From assembly GCF_004010195.1 (NCBI RefSeq), contig NC_057728.1, forward strand, positions 42,140,844 through 42,202,627: DNA of 61,784 nucleotides. The letters run 5' to 3'. The DNA comes from Chiloscyllium plagiosum. Its lineage: Eukaryota. Positions within the stretch are counted from its first letter, which is position 1; each line of letters opens with the position of its first letter. The notes beneath the pieces are model-generated. The model had not been told where the DNA came from. It saw nothing but the letters and a program-made list of their open reading frames with translations, and ran no database searches. A program made the translations under genes and the position numbers. Shown piece by piece: positions 11,649-23,380 of this stretch.

Positions 11649-12972
11649 TTTTTTTTGATGAACAATAATGAAGTCACTGGATATCAAACTAACAGCCAAC
11701 TGTTCACAACGGACAGTGTGTGCTTTAAAATATAGATTAGAAGTGAGATCCCAGAGATAAGTCACTACAGGGCAGGTAGCAAGGATAGCGAAGTCCCAGC
11801 TTACGATTCCAGATTGCAAATGGATTCTGCTGCTGAGGCTTCTCATTTAACTTTGATGGGGGTGGGGTCCTACAGTAAAACTCTGATGGGCATGCACAAC
11901 AAAATGCTTGTTGCAGTAGGAAGCCCATCAGAAATCCTGAAGTCATTGCCAACAACATGGAAGTGGCAAAGATCTTTACAAGGAGCTTGAAGGCTATACC
12001 ATCTGGCCTGTAAGTAGTTATAAATTCTGTTTGTGGATTTGTGGGTCCTGCTAAACTTTTGCATCTGTTAGACGATTTTGCAACTCACATTGCAGGGTAA
12101 ACATCACTCATTTGAGTATTTCAATAAAGCTCAGATTGATAGCAAGGTCAGTTTGGCTTGTGGATTATAGATGTGCAAAGGGACTTCCAGGCTTTCATAA
12201 CAATCCACAAATTTGTCCAAACAAACAGAGAATGCAGTAGAAATTCAGTAGGTCTGGCAGCAGCTGTGGAGAGAGGAGTTAACATTTTGAGTCTGTCCTA
12301 TAACTTAACAGATTACTTGGATTGTTGTGGTGCAGACAACCCCAACCCCCAACAACCTAGCAGTGACAAAGGTTCTGACCCTGAGTCAGTGGTCAAATAT
12401 TCATCCTCGCACCCTTGCCATGCCATCCTTGCCATTGACATCAACCTAGACCGCTGCCACACATGGTAAAACTTTGCCTTTTAAACTTAGAGCTGCGCAA
12501 GTTCTTCTTCTGAGGTTATCTGCAGTTTCCTCTATTGAGAACAGGAAATGTTCCCATGCCATTCTGTAGCTAATGGACTAGCGCCATGTAGATGCATTAA
12601 AACAGGTAAAGACACATGGAAGACAGGCACTAAGGCAATAAATCAGAGTAGCTTGTTGACTTTTTTATGATGTAATATGATTTCACTTATGAATTTGGTT
12701 TGAAATCCATATTTTGTAGTGACTTTTAATTTAGTTTTGTGGCCAAGTGGGTGCTGTGATGATCAGTGACAGGGAATATACGTTTGTGGGACAGTTGGTG
12801 AATTGACAGCATGGTTTTCATTGTATTCATGTAGTTATCAACAAAGTTGTTAATAGTTAGTCACTGTCACCTGTCAGCAAACCTTTTGGTTTATCATGAT
12901 GGCTTAAATATAGCTAGCACAGCGGACAGCCTTGGAATGAAGGCATAATGACTGCTGCTATGATACTGAATA

Positions 12973-13050
12973 CCTGTGCCCGAAACGTCGAATTTCCTGT
13001 TCCCTGGATGCTGCCTGACCTGCTGTGCTGTTCCAGCAATAAAGTTTCAA
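12973..13050 (+). mobile_element. 78-bp Penelope family B 3' fragment flanked by a 70-bp direct duplication
   Basis: gcccGAAACGTCgaat...tgctgcctgacctgctgtgctgttccagc-AATAAA lies between repeats 12903-12972 and 13051-13120 (1 mismatch). Confidence 0.85.
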
Positions 13051-14129
13051 CTTAAATATAGCTAGCACAGCGGACAACCTTGGAATGAAGGCATAATGAC
13101 TGCTGCTATGATACTGAATATTGATCCATGTAATTTTCTATCTATGGAAACTCATCAATTAAATGCACCAGCAAAGCAATGTACATGCTGTTACTGGCAC
13201 TCTGCACCATGGGCAGCCTGCAATCCTACTATTTCATGAGTTCCTTCTGCCTACTTGTATCTAATAAGAGGGAATAAAATGTTGTTAACTGTCTTTGAGT
13301 AGAGAGCCTCAGTAACATTACGAATGCAACTGAGGATGGGAAACCGTCAAATCTTGCAGATATCGCCAACTTCAGCCAAAAAGGAGCCAGGCACATTACA
13401 GTTCATCACCACTGACACATTACAAACACTAGCAATGTGATCCTTACCCTGCTATGAGTTTGCAATTATGGTAATGGACAGGTAGCATGATTTCAATCAT
13501 AAATTTGGTTGAATGGCAGATTTCAGTCAGGTCATCCTTACTGAAGCAAATACATGTCACACATTGTTTCGTGTTGGGTTTTAAGTAGGATAATTGCTCC
13601 CTGAATAACCTAAATAAATATGACCGCCTGCTGAAAGCCAATGTCCCTATTTCTAGCAGCTGGTCCCACTCTATGTAGCTGCTGTTCATGCTCCAAGATA
13701 TCTGGATCAGTGGTGTTGGAAGAGCACAGCAATTCAGGATGCTCCAAGATATGTCTCACTCATGGGGAAATGGCTACTAATTCATCCATCTGTAAGAGCA
13801 TTTGGTTTGTGCTGAAGTCCCTGAAATCAGAAAAATGTTCTCAAGCACTTGTCATATGATGACCTAAAGACTTTTGCAAGTTGGCAAATCACTGAAAGCA
13901 CGAGTAGATTTATGAAATCAGCTGAAAAGAAGTAGCAGGAACTAACCTGGAAGTAGTTTGATGATCCCTTTAAATAGCACAGGTTGTGGTCCTTCCTTCA
14001 TGCAGACTCAGTTTGCAAGATTAAGAGATGTTGGCTGAGTTGTTAAGCTCCAGGTTGGTACCTTGAACATGAAATCAGCATTGTATTTTGGTTGATGCCA
14101 TAATTTAGATTCTTCCAGTAGAATAAGGA

Positions 14130-14282
14130 TGTGCAGGCTTGGTGGATTAACCATGTTAAATGCAGGGTTTTGGGGATAGGGTAGGGGCATGGGATCTGGG
14201 TGGGATACTCTTCAGAGGGTCTGGACAGACTTGATGGGCCAGATGGTCCTTTTCCATACTGAAGCAATTCTATGATTCTTAT
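14130..14282 (+). mobile_element. HE1-like SINE 3' fragment
   Basis: Similar to the 3' half of the 9143-9460 and 20277-20592 copies; ends attctatgattct. Confidence 0.7.
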
Positions 14283-14647
14283 GTTCACTGTGCACAAAAA
14301 ATCTGCATTAATATGGCATCTGGTGTGTTTTGCTCAAAAGATCATTTGTGCCACAGACAAAAATTAATGAGCCCAATTTCTCATCCTCAAAGTCCCACCC
14401 TATGCAAGGGTGCAACCTTGAGCTAATGGGCTAAGAGTCTGATGACAACACAGGGTTTTGAAAAGTTGGAGAAGCCATGGGTTCGGGGATATGTTCTCAT
14501 GTTCATTCTTTTCCTATTTGTTCAATTATTATATGGCACTAAAGTGTACATTGACATATAATACCATGTACCTCACATAACAGTGACTTCTAAGATAGAG
14601 GGATCTCATTGTGACACTGCTGTAACTTTCTTTCTTTTCCATCAGGT

Positions 14648-14782
14648 ATTCCTGATGAAGGGCTTATGCGTGAAACGTCAACTCTCCTGCTCCTCGGATG
14701 CTGTCTGACCTGCTGTACTTTTTCCAGTGCCACGCTTTTCATCTCTGACTGTCCAGCTTGTGCAGTCCTCATTTTCTCTGAG
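14648..14782 (+). mobile_element. Penelope family B mini-insertion beginning at a hammerhead motif
   Basis: attcCTGATGAagggcttatgcgtGAAACGTC; flanked by tttcc(a/c)tcaggtatt at 14636-14650 and 14783-14797. Confidence 0.8.
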
Positions 14783-16164
14783 TTTCCCTCAGGTATTGAA
14801 GATGATGCAGATTAAGGGACTAATGATACTGAACAAACCAAACCTTCACAGATTATTATGTCGTGTAGTCCAGTTCTCCAAAGTTCTCCAAAGGGTATTT
14901 TGATCTCACATTGACTAATACACAATGCTCGTGTAAGCAGTGGGAATTCATTGTAATGTTAGAGGAGCAGAAAATCTATGGTGTGGAGCATATTCTCAGC
15001 TGATGAAACTAGAAAAACAGACCTCAATAAACTGCTTCTAACAAAATAAAATTCTCTGAATGTCAAATGTCTCAATAATCATTTGAGAATATAAAAGGTT
15101 ATAGATAATGTGAAGGAATGCATCAAGTAAACCTGTGCATTGTTGAGCAATTGATCTACAACATTGTATTCCACCATGTAAAATTTGGCAATTTCAGGAA
15201 TGACTTCAGCCTAGCATAGCTTGTTAATGTCTAGACTGCAGCCATTGAGAATTTCAGGTCAAATGCCCAACAGGCTCTCTCTTCCAACAGATTTGCGAAT
15301 ATGATTGAGAGAATCAGTGATCAGGATTTCATCAATATCATTGCTATCTTCAGAACTGCTTTCATAAAATTACAAATGGGTATGGTGAGACAGAGTCCAG
15401 CAACAAGAGCATACATGAAATGAGTGTGGATAATAATTACATTACCTCGAAAAATAAGGACCTTCTCTGAATGTTGTCCATACTTGGACTTTTCGATCAG
15501 TTTATGTACCAAAAACATTTTACCCAAGCGCTCTGGTCATGAGCCGGAGAAAGGGACACAGAATTTGGTTTGTGATTCAACTTGGTTTTATTCACAAAAT
15601 ATTCCTTATTAAAAACAATCTGTGAGCATCTCCCAAATTCCTATCCTGTATCTAGCTCTGTCCGACTGAGAAAACATATTACTCATTTGCTTGAACTGGG
15701 CCATTGAAATCCCCTTCCTCTCCAACATAGGGCTGGCTCTCTTCTAAAGTGGATTTTGTAGGTCAGGGCAGATCTTCTCCTGGGTCTTTTTGGGCTTACT
15801 GCATGGTTTACTGCCATGATTCTTGCTGCAAGTCTTCACGGCATATTCACTGAGGGGCTGGTTTCCAGATGTGTGAATATCTCCCCTGTACTGGACCTTC
15901 CAGAATGTTCTGTGACATTTCACCAATGTTGTCATGAGCTAGGTTCAAATTATTCAATGGAGCCAGGCCAACAATCTTCACTGTTGCCATGTCGAGAGAT
16001 GTAAAATGTGTATACTAAGCCAGTCAAGATGCTAGAACATCTGATTGACACTTAGCCAATCCACAACCCAAAACAGGAGGTGTAGTGGACAGCGAAGAAG
16101 GTTACCTCAGAGTACAACTGGAACTTGATCAGATGGGTCAATGGGCTGAGAAATGGCAGATGGA

Positions 16165-16652
16165 AAAAGTGAGGACTGCAGATGCTGGAGATCAGAGCTG
16201 AAAAATGTGTTGCTGGAAAAGCGCAGCAGGTCAGGCAGCACCCAAGGAGCAGGAGAATCAACGTTTCGAACTCTAACCCTTCTTCAGGAATGAGGAAGGT
16301 GTGCCAAGCAGGCTAAGATAAAAGGTAGGGAGGAGGGACTTGGGGGAAAGGCATTGGGAATGCGATAGGTGGAAGGAGATTAAGGTGAGAGTGATAGGCC
16401 GGAGAGGGGGTGGGGGCGGAGAGGTCGGGATAAAGATTGCAGGACAAGAAGGCAGTGCTGAGTCCGAAGGTTGGGACTCAGATAAGGTGGGGGGAGGGGA
16501 AATGAGGAAGTTGGAGAAATCTGCATTCATCCCTTGTGGTTGGAGAGTTCCTAGACGGACGATGAGGCGCTCTTCCTCCAGGCGTCATGCTGCCATGGTC
16601 TGGTGATGGATGAGGCCAAGGATCTGCATGTCCTTGGCGGAGTGGGAGGGGG
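16165..16652 (-). mobile_element. Penelope family B 3' portion
   Basis: Homologous to 43620-44130 and 7640-8092; decayed hammerhead at about 16257-16292. Confidence 0.8.
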
Positions 16653-16654
16653 AA

Positions 16655-17975
16655 ACATCTGTAACCAACAACCATTCCTGTCCCTCTTCTATCCACGTTT
16701 CGGTGATGACCACAACATTGTAGTCCCAGGTACTGATTCACACCTTAAGTTCACCCACCTTATTTCTGATACTCCTTGCGTTGAAGAATACACACTTGAA
16801 CCCATCTCTGTGTCCGCAAGTCTTCCCTGTCAGTGCTACCTTCTCCACAGCCTCCCTACATTCTTGGACATCCTGACAAACAGCTAGCCTACTTGCTGGA
16901 CTGCAAGTCCGGAGCCCATCCCCCTGCCAAATTAGTTTAAACACCCCCGAAGATAGCTAGCAAACCTACCCCCCAGGATATTGGTGCCCTTCTGGTTCAG
17001 GTGCAACCCGTCCTGCTTGTACAGGTCCCACCTTCCCCAGAATGCAGTCCAATTGTCCAAATACCTGAANNNNNNNNNNNNNNNNNNNNNNNNNNNNNNN
17101 NNNNNNNNNNNNNNNNNNNNNNNNNNNNNNNNNNNNNNNNNNNNNNNNNNNNNNNNNNNNNNNNNNNNNNNNNNNNNNNNNNNNNNNNNNNNNNNNNNNN
17201 NNNNNNNNNNNNNNNNNNNNNNNNNNNNNNNNNNNNNNNNNNNNNNNNNNNNNNNNNNNNNNNNNNNNNNNNNNNNNNNNNNNNNNNNNNNNNNNNNNNN
17301 NNNNNNNNNNNNNNNNNNNNNNNNNNNNNNNNNNNNNNNNNNNNNNNNNNNNNNNNNNNAGGGGAATGACCACAGGGGATCCCTGCACTGCCTGCTTCCT
17401 CCCCTTCCCATCTCTAACTGTTACCCAGCTACCTCTGTTCTCTGGCGTAACTATGTCCCTGTAGCTTCTATCTATCACCTTCTCAGCCTCTCGAATAATC
17501 CTCAGTTCATCCAACTCCAGTTCCAGTTCCCTAACTCATTCTGTGAGGAGCAGGAGCTGACTGCATTTCCTGCAGATGAAGTCAGCAAGAGCATCGATGG
17601 GCACCCCTACCTCAAACATCCTGCAGGAGGAACATTCCACTGCCTGCGCTGCCATTACTCTACACTTAGTCTCCAAAACAAGAACACTGAGTAGCTTACC
17701 TGTGGACTTTAAAGTTAGGTTAGAGGAGGAAGATGGGAGGGAGGCCCTACTTTGTAGGGTATGCGGTCTAGAACACACCCACTCAAATATCAATCACTTA
17801 CCTTCCCGACCAGCTCTGCACTCCAACTTCACTTCCGCTCAGCTCCCGCCGCTCTCTGCTGTGAAAAGACCGTTGGTGTTGAGGTAAGTTCTTAAATATC
17901 AATCACTTACCTTCCCGACCAGCTCTGCACTCCAACTTCACTTCCGCCCAGCTCCCGCCGCTCTCTGCTGTGAAA
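16655..17975 (-). mobile_element. CR1 LINE 5' end: 5'UTR, ORF1 (Zn finger plus SGNH esterase-like domain) and start of ORF2
   Basis: MAAQAVECSSCRMFEV...FICRKCSQL; FWGRWDLYKQDGLHLNQKG (esterase DGLHL motif); CVFFNARSIRNKVGELK (APE start). Contains an N gap at 17070-17359. Confidence 0.9.
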
Positions 17976-18450
17976 CTTGAAAGTGTTCAGAAAAGACTGA
18001 AAAGGATGTTGCCAGGGTTGGAGAAGCTGAAAAGGCTGGGGCTGTTTTCCCTGGAGTGTCGGAGGCTGAGAGGTGACCTTTTGGAGGTTTATAAAATCAT
18101 AAGGGGCATGGATAGGATAAATAGACAAAGTCTTTTCCCTGGTGTGGGAACCAGAAGGCATAGGTTTAGGGTGAGAGTGGAAAGATATAAAAGGGACCTA
18201 AGGGGCACAGTTTTCACGCAGAGGGTGGTGCGTATATAGAATGAGCTGCCAGAGGAAGTAGTGGAGCTGATACAATTGCAGCATTTAAAAGGCATCTGGA
18301 TGGGTATATGAACAGGAAGGGTTTAGAAAGATATGGGTCAAGTGCTGGCAAATGGGATGGATTAGGATCGGATATCTGGTTGGCATGCATGAGTTGGACC
18401 AAAAGGTCCGTTTCCGCGCTTACATCTCTATGACGGTATGACTGTATAAC
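17969..18450 (+). mobile_element. CR1 LINE 3' end
   Basis: KLESVQKRLKRMLPGL...RLGLFSLECRRLRGDL...FTQRVV; tail ctctatgacggtatgact. Confidence 0.9.
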
Positions 18451-18839
18451 TGGGGACTGGTTCCCCTTGAACCTTTTTAGCCTCTTTGATCTTGGTTTCC
18501 ACTGTTCTCTGTAGCTGATAGCTGCTGGCTGCTGTTCGATCGAGTTTGGCCAATTTTCTGTCAGGCCTGTTTCTCCAGCTGTGGGTCAATTTAGAATGTC
18601 CAATTTTGGGCTTGTGGCCACTTGACCGCATATAAATGCTTTAAATACTGGACAAGATTATGATGTACAAAAGTAATTTTCTTCCTTCATGTTCTTTTCA
18701 CTGATTGCAAAAGCTTGTTACTAGTCTCTGATTTGCATGCAAGACATGTTAGTTTCAACAATTTACTTAATCTGACAAATCTAAACTATATGAGTTTAAG
18801 CATATAACTTTTAACAGAATCCGTTTTCCACATAAGAGG

Positions 18840-19062
18840 TAAAAGTCACCTTGGTCCCAAAGGACTATAAAGTGCTCTTTTTAGAGGGACGTGACTGGCG
18901 GTGAACTTAACCTGAGGGTTACTACACCGCAGGCGACAGGATGAATTTGAGAAAATGGGACCTTCCTGGCGACCCTAGCCGCTTTGGGAAATAAACCTGC
19001 ACTGTTGGCATCACCCTGCTATACAAACCTGTCATTCAGCCAACTGCGCTGACTGACCCCTC
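18840..19062 (-). mobile_element. Old tRNA-derived SINE
   Basis: Reverse complement starts ggggtcagtcagcgcagttggc (A-box-like), then a B-box-like ggtttatttccc. Confidence 0.6.
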
Positions 19063-20276
19063 CCCTCTTAATGCTCTATATTCAATATGATCAAGGCTGA
19101 ACAAAACTGGTGAAACTCTCAACTGATCCAGATGAGCCTGGGTACTTACATTCAACTTTAAACATGTTTATTTGCTTGGGAGACAAACTGCTCATACATA
19201 TGAGCAATTTGGTTGATGGGGATATTTAAAATCCATGTGCGAAAAATCACAAATCTCATTTTCTTTTACCTAATCCAATAAACATCACCTGTACCTCTGA
19301 AACACTAATGTCCTGCAGAGGGCTCTCTCAGACAAGAAGCATGTTCAGTTAGCATTACTGTTATCTGTAAATGGCATGGCAAGACTATGGTTTTATTTGT
19401 TTCAATTGGAAACTAATAAAACCACGTAATTTAAATGTAATTCTATACAAGATAGCTCTTTCATTTGATTATGACTCAATTGATTTTCTTATTAAGTTTA
19501 ATACTTTGACATTTATACGATCTTTCAGTATCATCATAAGCTGAAGACTATGTCAATACTCCTGTTATAATTTCAATTAGGTTCACATTAAACATAAAGT
19601 TCTTTAATGTTAAAATGCTGAAATGCATTTGTCATTCAACACTTTGTGGGGTAATTTCTCACTTTACCCACGTCAAAGATTGTTTCTTTTAAACATCATT
19701 TTAAAGGGGAAGTCTCAGTCGATACTGGAAATTATTGGGTACATTTCTTTCTGTGGAGCAGCTTTCACAGGAAAGGCTGCCAAAGAGGCATCTAATTGAG
19801 TACTGCAACCAACCTGCACTGCAAATAACAGTGAAGATGAAAATAGTCTTTTGACAAATAGTTATTACACTTCTTTTCATCCAATGTAAACACCTAGTAA
19901 AGAAATCACCTGAAAAAATTATACATTTCAAAGCTATGTGTTCCTACAATTTTGCAATGGGTCAGTAATTATGAATAACAAAAAATGCATTTAAGTAGCA
20001 TTTTAGCATATATAAGCATAAAAACTTGCTTAAAATTACACACTGAATTTGATGGGGCTGTGAGGGGTGAAGTGTGTAGGTAGTCTTCTTAATACAGATT
20101 GTAACAAAATACAGTAAGACATTACTCACCTTACTTAATAGGTGTATAATTAGTAAATTAAGTTCATTATAGATAACAATGAGGTTGGATTTTGACATAG
20201 AAAGGATAAAGAAACCACAAGCTGCTTGGAAAATGAGTGTCCAAATGAGGTGGCAGAACAAAGGCATCTGGAAATA

Positions 20277-20592
20277 CTCACAGCGCCAGGGACCTGGGTT
20301 CGATTCCAGCCTCGGGCAACTGTCTGTGTGGAGTTTGTACATTCTCCCCGTGTCTGCGTGGGTTTCCTCTGGGTGCTTCAGTTTCCTCCCTTGTTCAAAG
20401 ATGTGCAGGTTAGGTGAATTGGCGATGCTAAATTGCTCACAGTGTTCAGGGATGTGTAGATTACGTGCATTACTCAGGGGTAAATGTAGAGTAATAGGGT
20501 AGGGGAATAGGTCTTGGTGGATTATTCTTCGGAGGATTGGTGTGAACTTGTTCAGCCGAAGGGCCTGTTTCCACACTGTAGGGATTCTATGA
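20277..20592 (+). mobile_element. HE1/V-SINE-like SINE
   Basis: B-box GGTTCGATTCC; homologous to the 9143-9460 copy. Confidence 0.9.
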
Positions 20593-20619
20593 AAAGTAAC
20601 AATACATTTTAATAAGAAC

Positions 20620-21200
20620 TTAGCATAGACAAGCAAAGAACTGGGGTTCATTTCTACGGGGGAATAAGTATTGAAAAGTTACGCTTGCTTGTATAGAAAT
20701 TTCAGTGTACTATGCTTGAAGTCTTGTCATCAATTCTAGTTTCTTTGTTAGACAAAGGATATGGAAGTGCTGAAGAAGCTACAGAAAGATTTACTTGAAT
20801 GATATCAAGATTGAGAGCTTATAACTATTGTTAAAGATTGGACAGATTAGAATTGTTTTCTCTAGAAAATATTGAGGTGATCTTAGAAGGCTGTAGAATT
20901 TTAAAAGGGTTGATAGGGCATGTGTAGCATAGGGCAGAAGATGGCACAGACTAGAATTAAGATCTTGACACAGTCCTTAAATTCAGTTAAGAATTCAGAA
21001 TAAAATTTTTTACCTAGATGGTGATTAGACTGTAGAGTGCACTAACCTAAGAACTAGTTAAGGTGACTAACACTCATGAACCAGATAAACATATAATGGA
21101 GAAAGGAAGTAAAGGATATGTTGCTGAGCTGAGCTGAAAAGAGGTAGGAGAGGCTCATATGAAACAAAAACACTGGACCTCTTGTGCAAATAATCTATTT
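20620..21200 (+). mobile_element. Ancient CR1 3' remnant
   Basis: Decayed 'KDMEVLKKLQKD' and 'LELFSLE' motifs. Confidence 0.5.
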
Positions 21201-23380
21201 TGTTTCTGCAAAGACAATGTTATGAAGAGGAAAAGAACTTTTGTAGAAAAGTGATCAAAAGAATGATACAGGGGGTGTTTTAGGAAGACGTTTGAATTGA
21301 AAAGTATTTTGAAATCTGAATGATCAATCATCATCAGTGAAATAGGGATGACAGGAGATGCACAGAAGATCCATATCAAAGGACAAGAATACAACACTGG
21401 AAATAGGCCTCAGAAAATTCAGATTGTGTGAGACCATGAAAGGATTTGTTGCTGGGAGTTGGAGATTTTTTTACTCGAGACTAAACCCAGTGTAGATTAC
21501 TAAGGATTGCATTGATGGGTAAATGCAACTTAGTGTATGGGCGATGGAATTTTGGATTCCAGTGTATTGAGTGTTTTTGGTGTTAGGCAAGGAGGGCATG
21601 GCAAAAATTAAGTGTAAAGGTGAGAAGAGCACTTTTGGTGACAATGGAAAAGGGAGCAGCAGAAAATGTTGCAAAGATACAGGAAGTGGTTTTGGTGAAT
21701 AATAAAATATGGGGTTTGAAGCGAAATTTTGCGATAACTAGAACTTCTAAGTTGGACAATTCCAGATTCAGTCATCATGGGAGCCAGAATACCAAATACA
21801 ATTGGGAGAAAGGATATGGAGTTCTGGCTTGGATTAACTTCTACCACCTTAATAATCAATTGGAAGAAACCACTTTGACTGCTAGCAGAGAGGTAGGTGA
21901 GGCAAAGTTTGGAAAGTGTTAACAGTGCTCATTTAGAGTTGACCCTTTCTGGAGTTGACCTTTAATGAGTGGCAGACCTGAATGAAGAGGGAATGAGGGC
22001 AAGGATAAATCAATGGTATACTCCAGAGATGAAAGAATGGGAGGAGCTCCATTAGTGTTGATGCCTGGTTGGGATAGGATAGCCAGTTATATAAACATGC
22101 AAGGAAGATGTGATTTTTTAATATTCATTCATGGGATGTGGTGTCATCAGCAAAGCCAGTATTTATTGCTTATGACTATGTTAAGTATGGAAATATTCGG
22201 GGATACAAAATGAGTCAAGAAAAGGACTAGTTCATAGTTACAGATAATTGCAATAAAGACATTATCCTGCTTTTGAGTGAAAGAGAAATTTCAGGTCTGT
22301 ACTCAAGTGAGTTAATTAGCCAGATATCAAAAGACAAATAAACTGTTCCACTTCTTATTTAAACTCAAACAGAAGTTTTGCCCAGTCTGGCCCTGAAATG
22401 CAAAAACCAAAAAGCATCCCACAATAAATCCTGATCAATGCTGTGTTAGCTGATTTCAGTTGTGGTTATTGTAGGCGTACCATAATTAGCTTTCATGTCC
22501 CTGAGCTAGGGAGGTACAAATATTAGAGTTCCAGCTGCGAAGAGCTGTACAATGACTCCTGCTGGTAACAATGTTTGCCAAATGAAGACAAGATTGTACT
22601 TGGCTGAGATACTTTCCTACCTCTGTAATCTTTTCCCACCTCTGAGAAATTGAGTAGTCTGTTAACATTAATCTACATGCTCACAATTCGTTAAAATTGA
22701 CCATGTGGGTGAAATATTGGTGAGCTGTAATTATTAATTAAATTCTTCACCAGGATCAGTCAGCAACTCAATTATAAATTAGAATAAAAGAAACTAGATT
22801 AATGAGGATATTTTAAACACCATAATTTATTCCTTAAAAGTTTATTTGAACTGTAATTTGAAAATATATACAGCTAATATTTTGGAAACTTGCAACCTAG
22901 CATCTGTCTAAAGCAAGGCTGCTTTGAAAATAAGCTATGAACAACCTATAAGAGCAACTAACTTATGTTTAATAGTATAACATGAATAGTTGTGCTTGTA
23001 ATATTTCTGGTGTCTATTAGTACTTACATCTGGACTCATTATTATTTGCCCTCTGGTTCTGATAAAGTCACACATAATGCCCACCTGTAATTGTGCTGAA
23101 ATGATGAGATATGTTCTCTGCTTGACCTGTGATGGTTTGTAAGATGATGGTGCTCCAATCTGGTTGTGCAAGATATCCAACGATATTGACATATAGCTAT
23201 AGTGAAAGAATAGTGATATATGTCCAAATCAGAATATTATGTGCCTTGGACAGGAATTTGGAGACAATGGCATTCCCACATTATTACTTCCCTTGTCCTT
23301 CTTGGTGATAAAAGTTAAAAAGGAGGGAAATTGTATTGTATTGCATAGTGTCGGTGAATTGCTACAAAGCATCATTTACA

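Noticed and set aside
12903..13120. CRISPR-like repeat-spacer-repeat
   Set aside because: Eukaryotic context, only two repeats, and the spacer is a retroelement fragment.
16932..17694. Long ORFs in the track spanning N runs (also 40027-40947 and 51139-51933)
   Set aside because: Their length is an artefact of assembly gaps; only the CR1-derived parts are meaningful.
19962..20651. 229-aa ORF on -
   Set aside because: It runs through an antisense SINE and AT-rich sequence with no domain signature.
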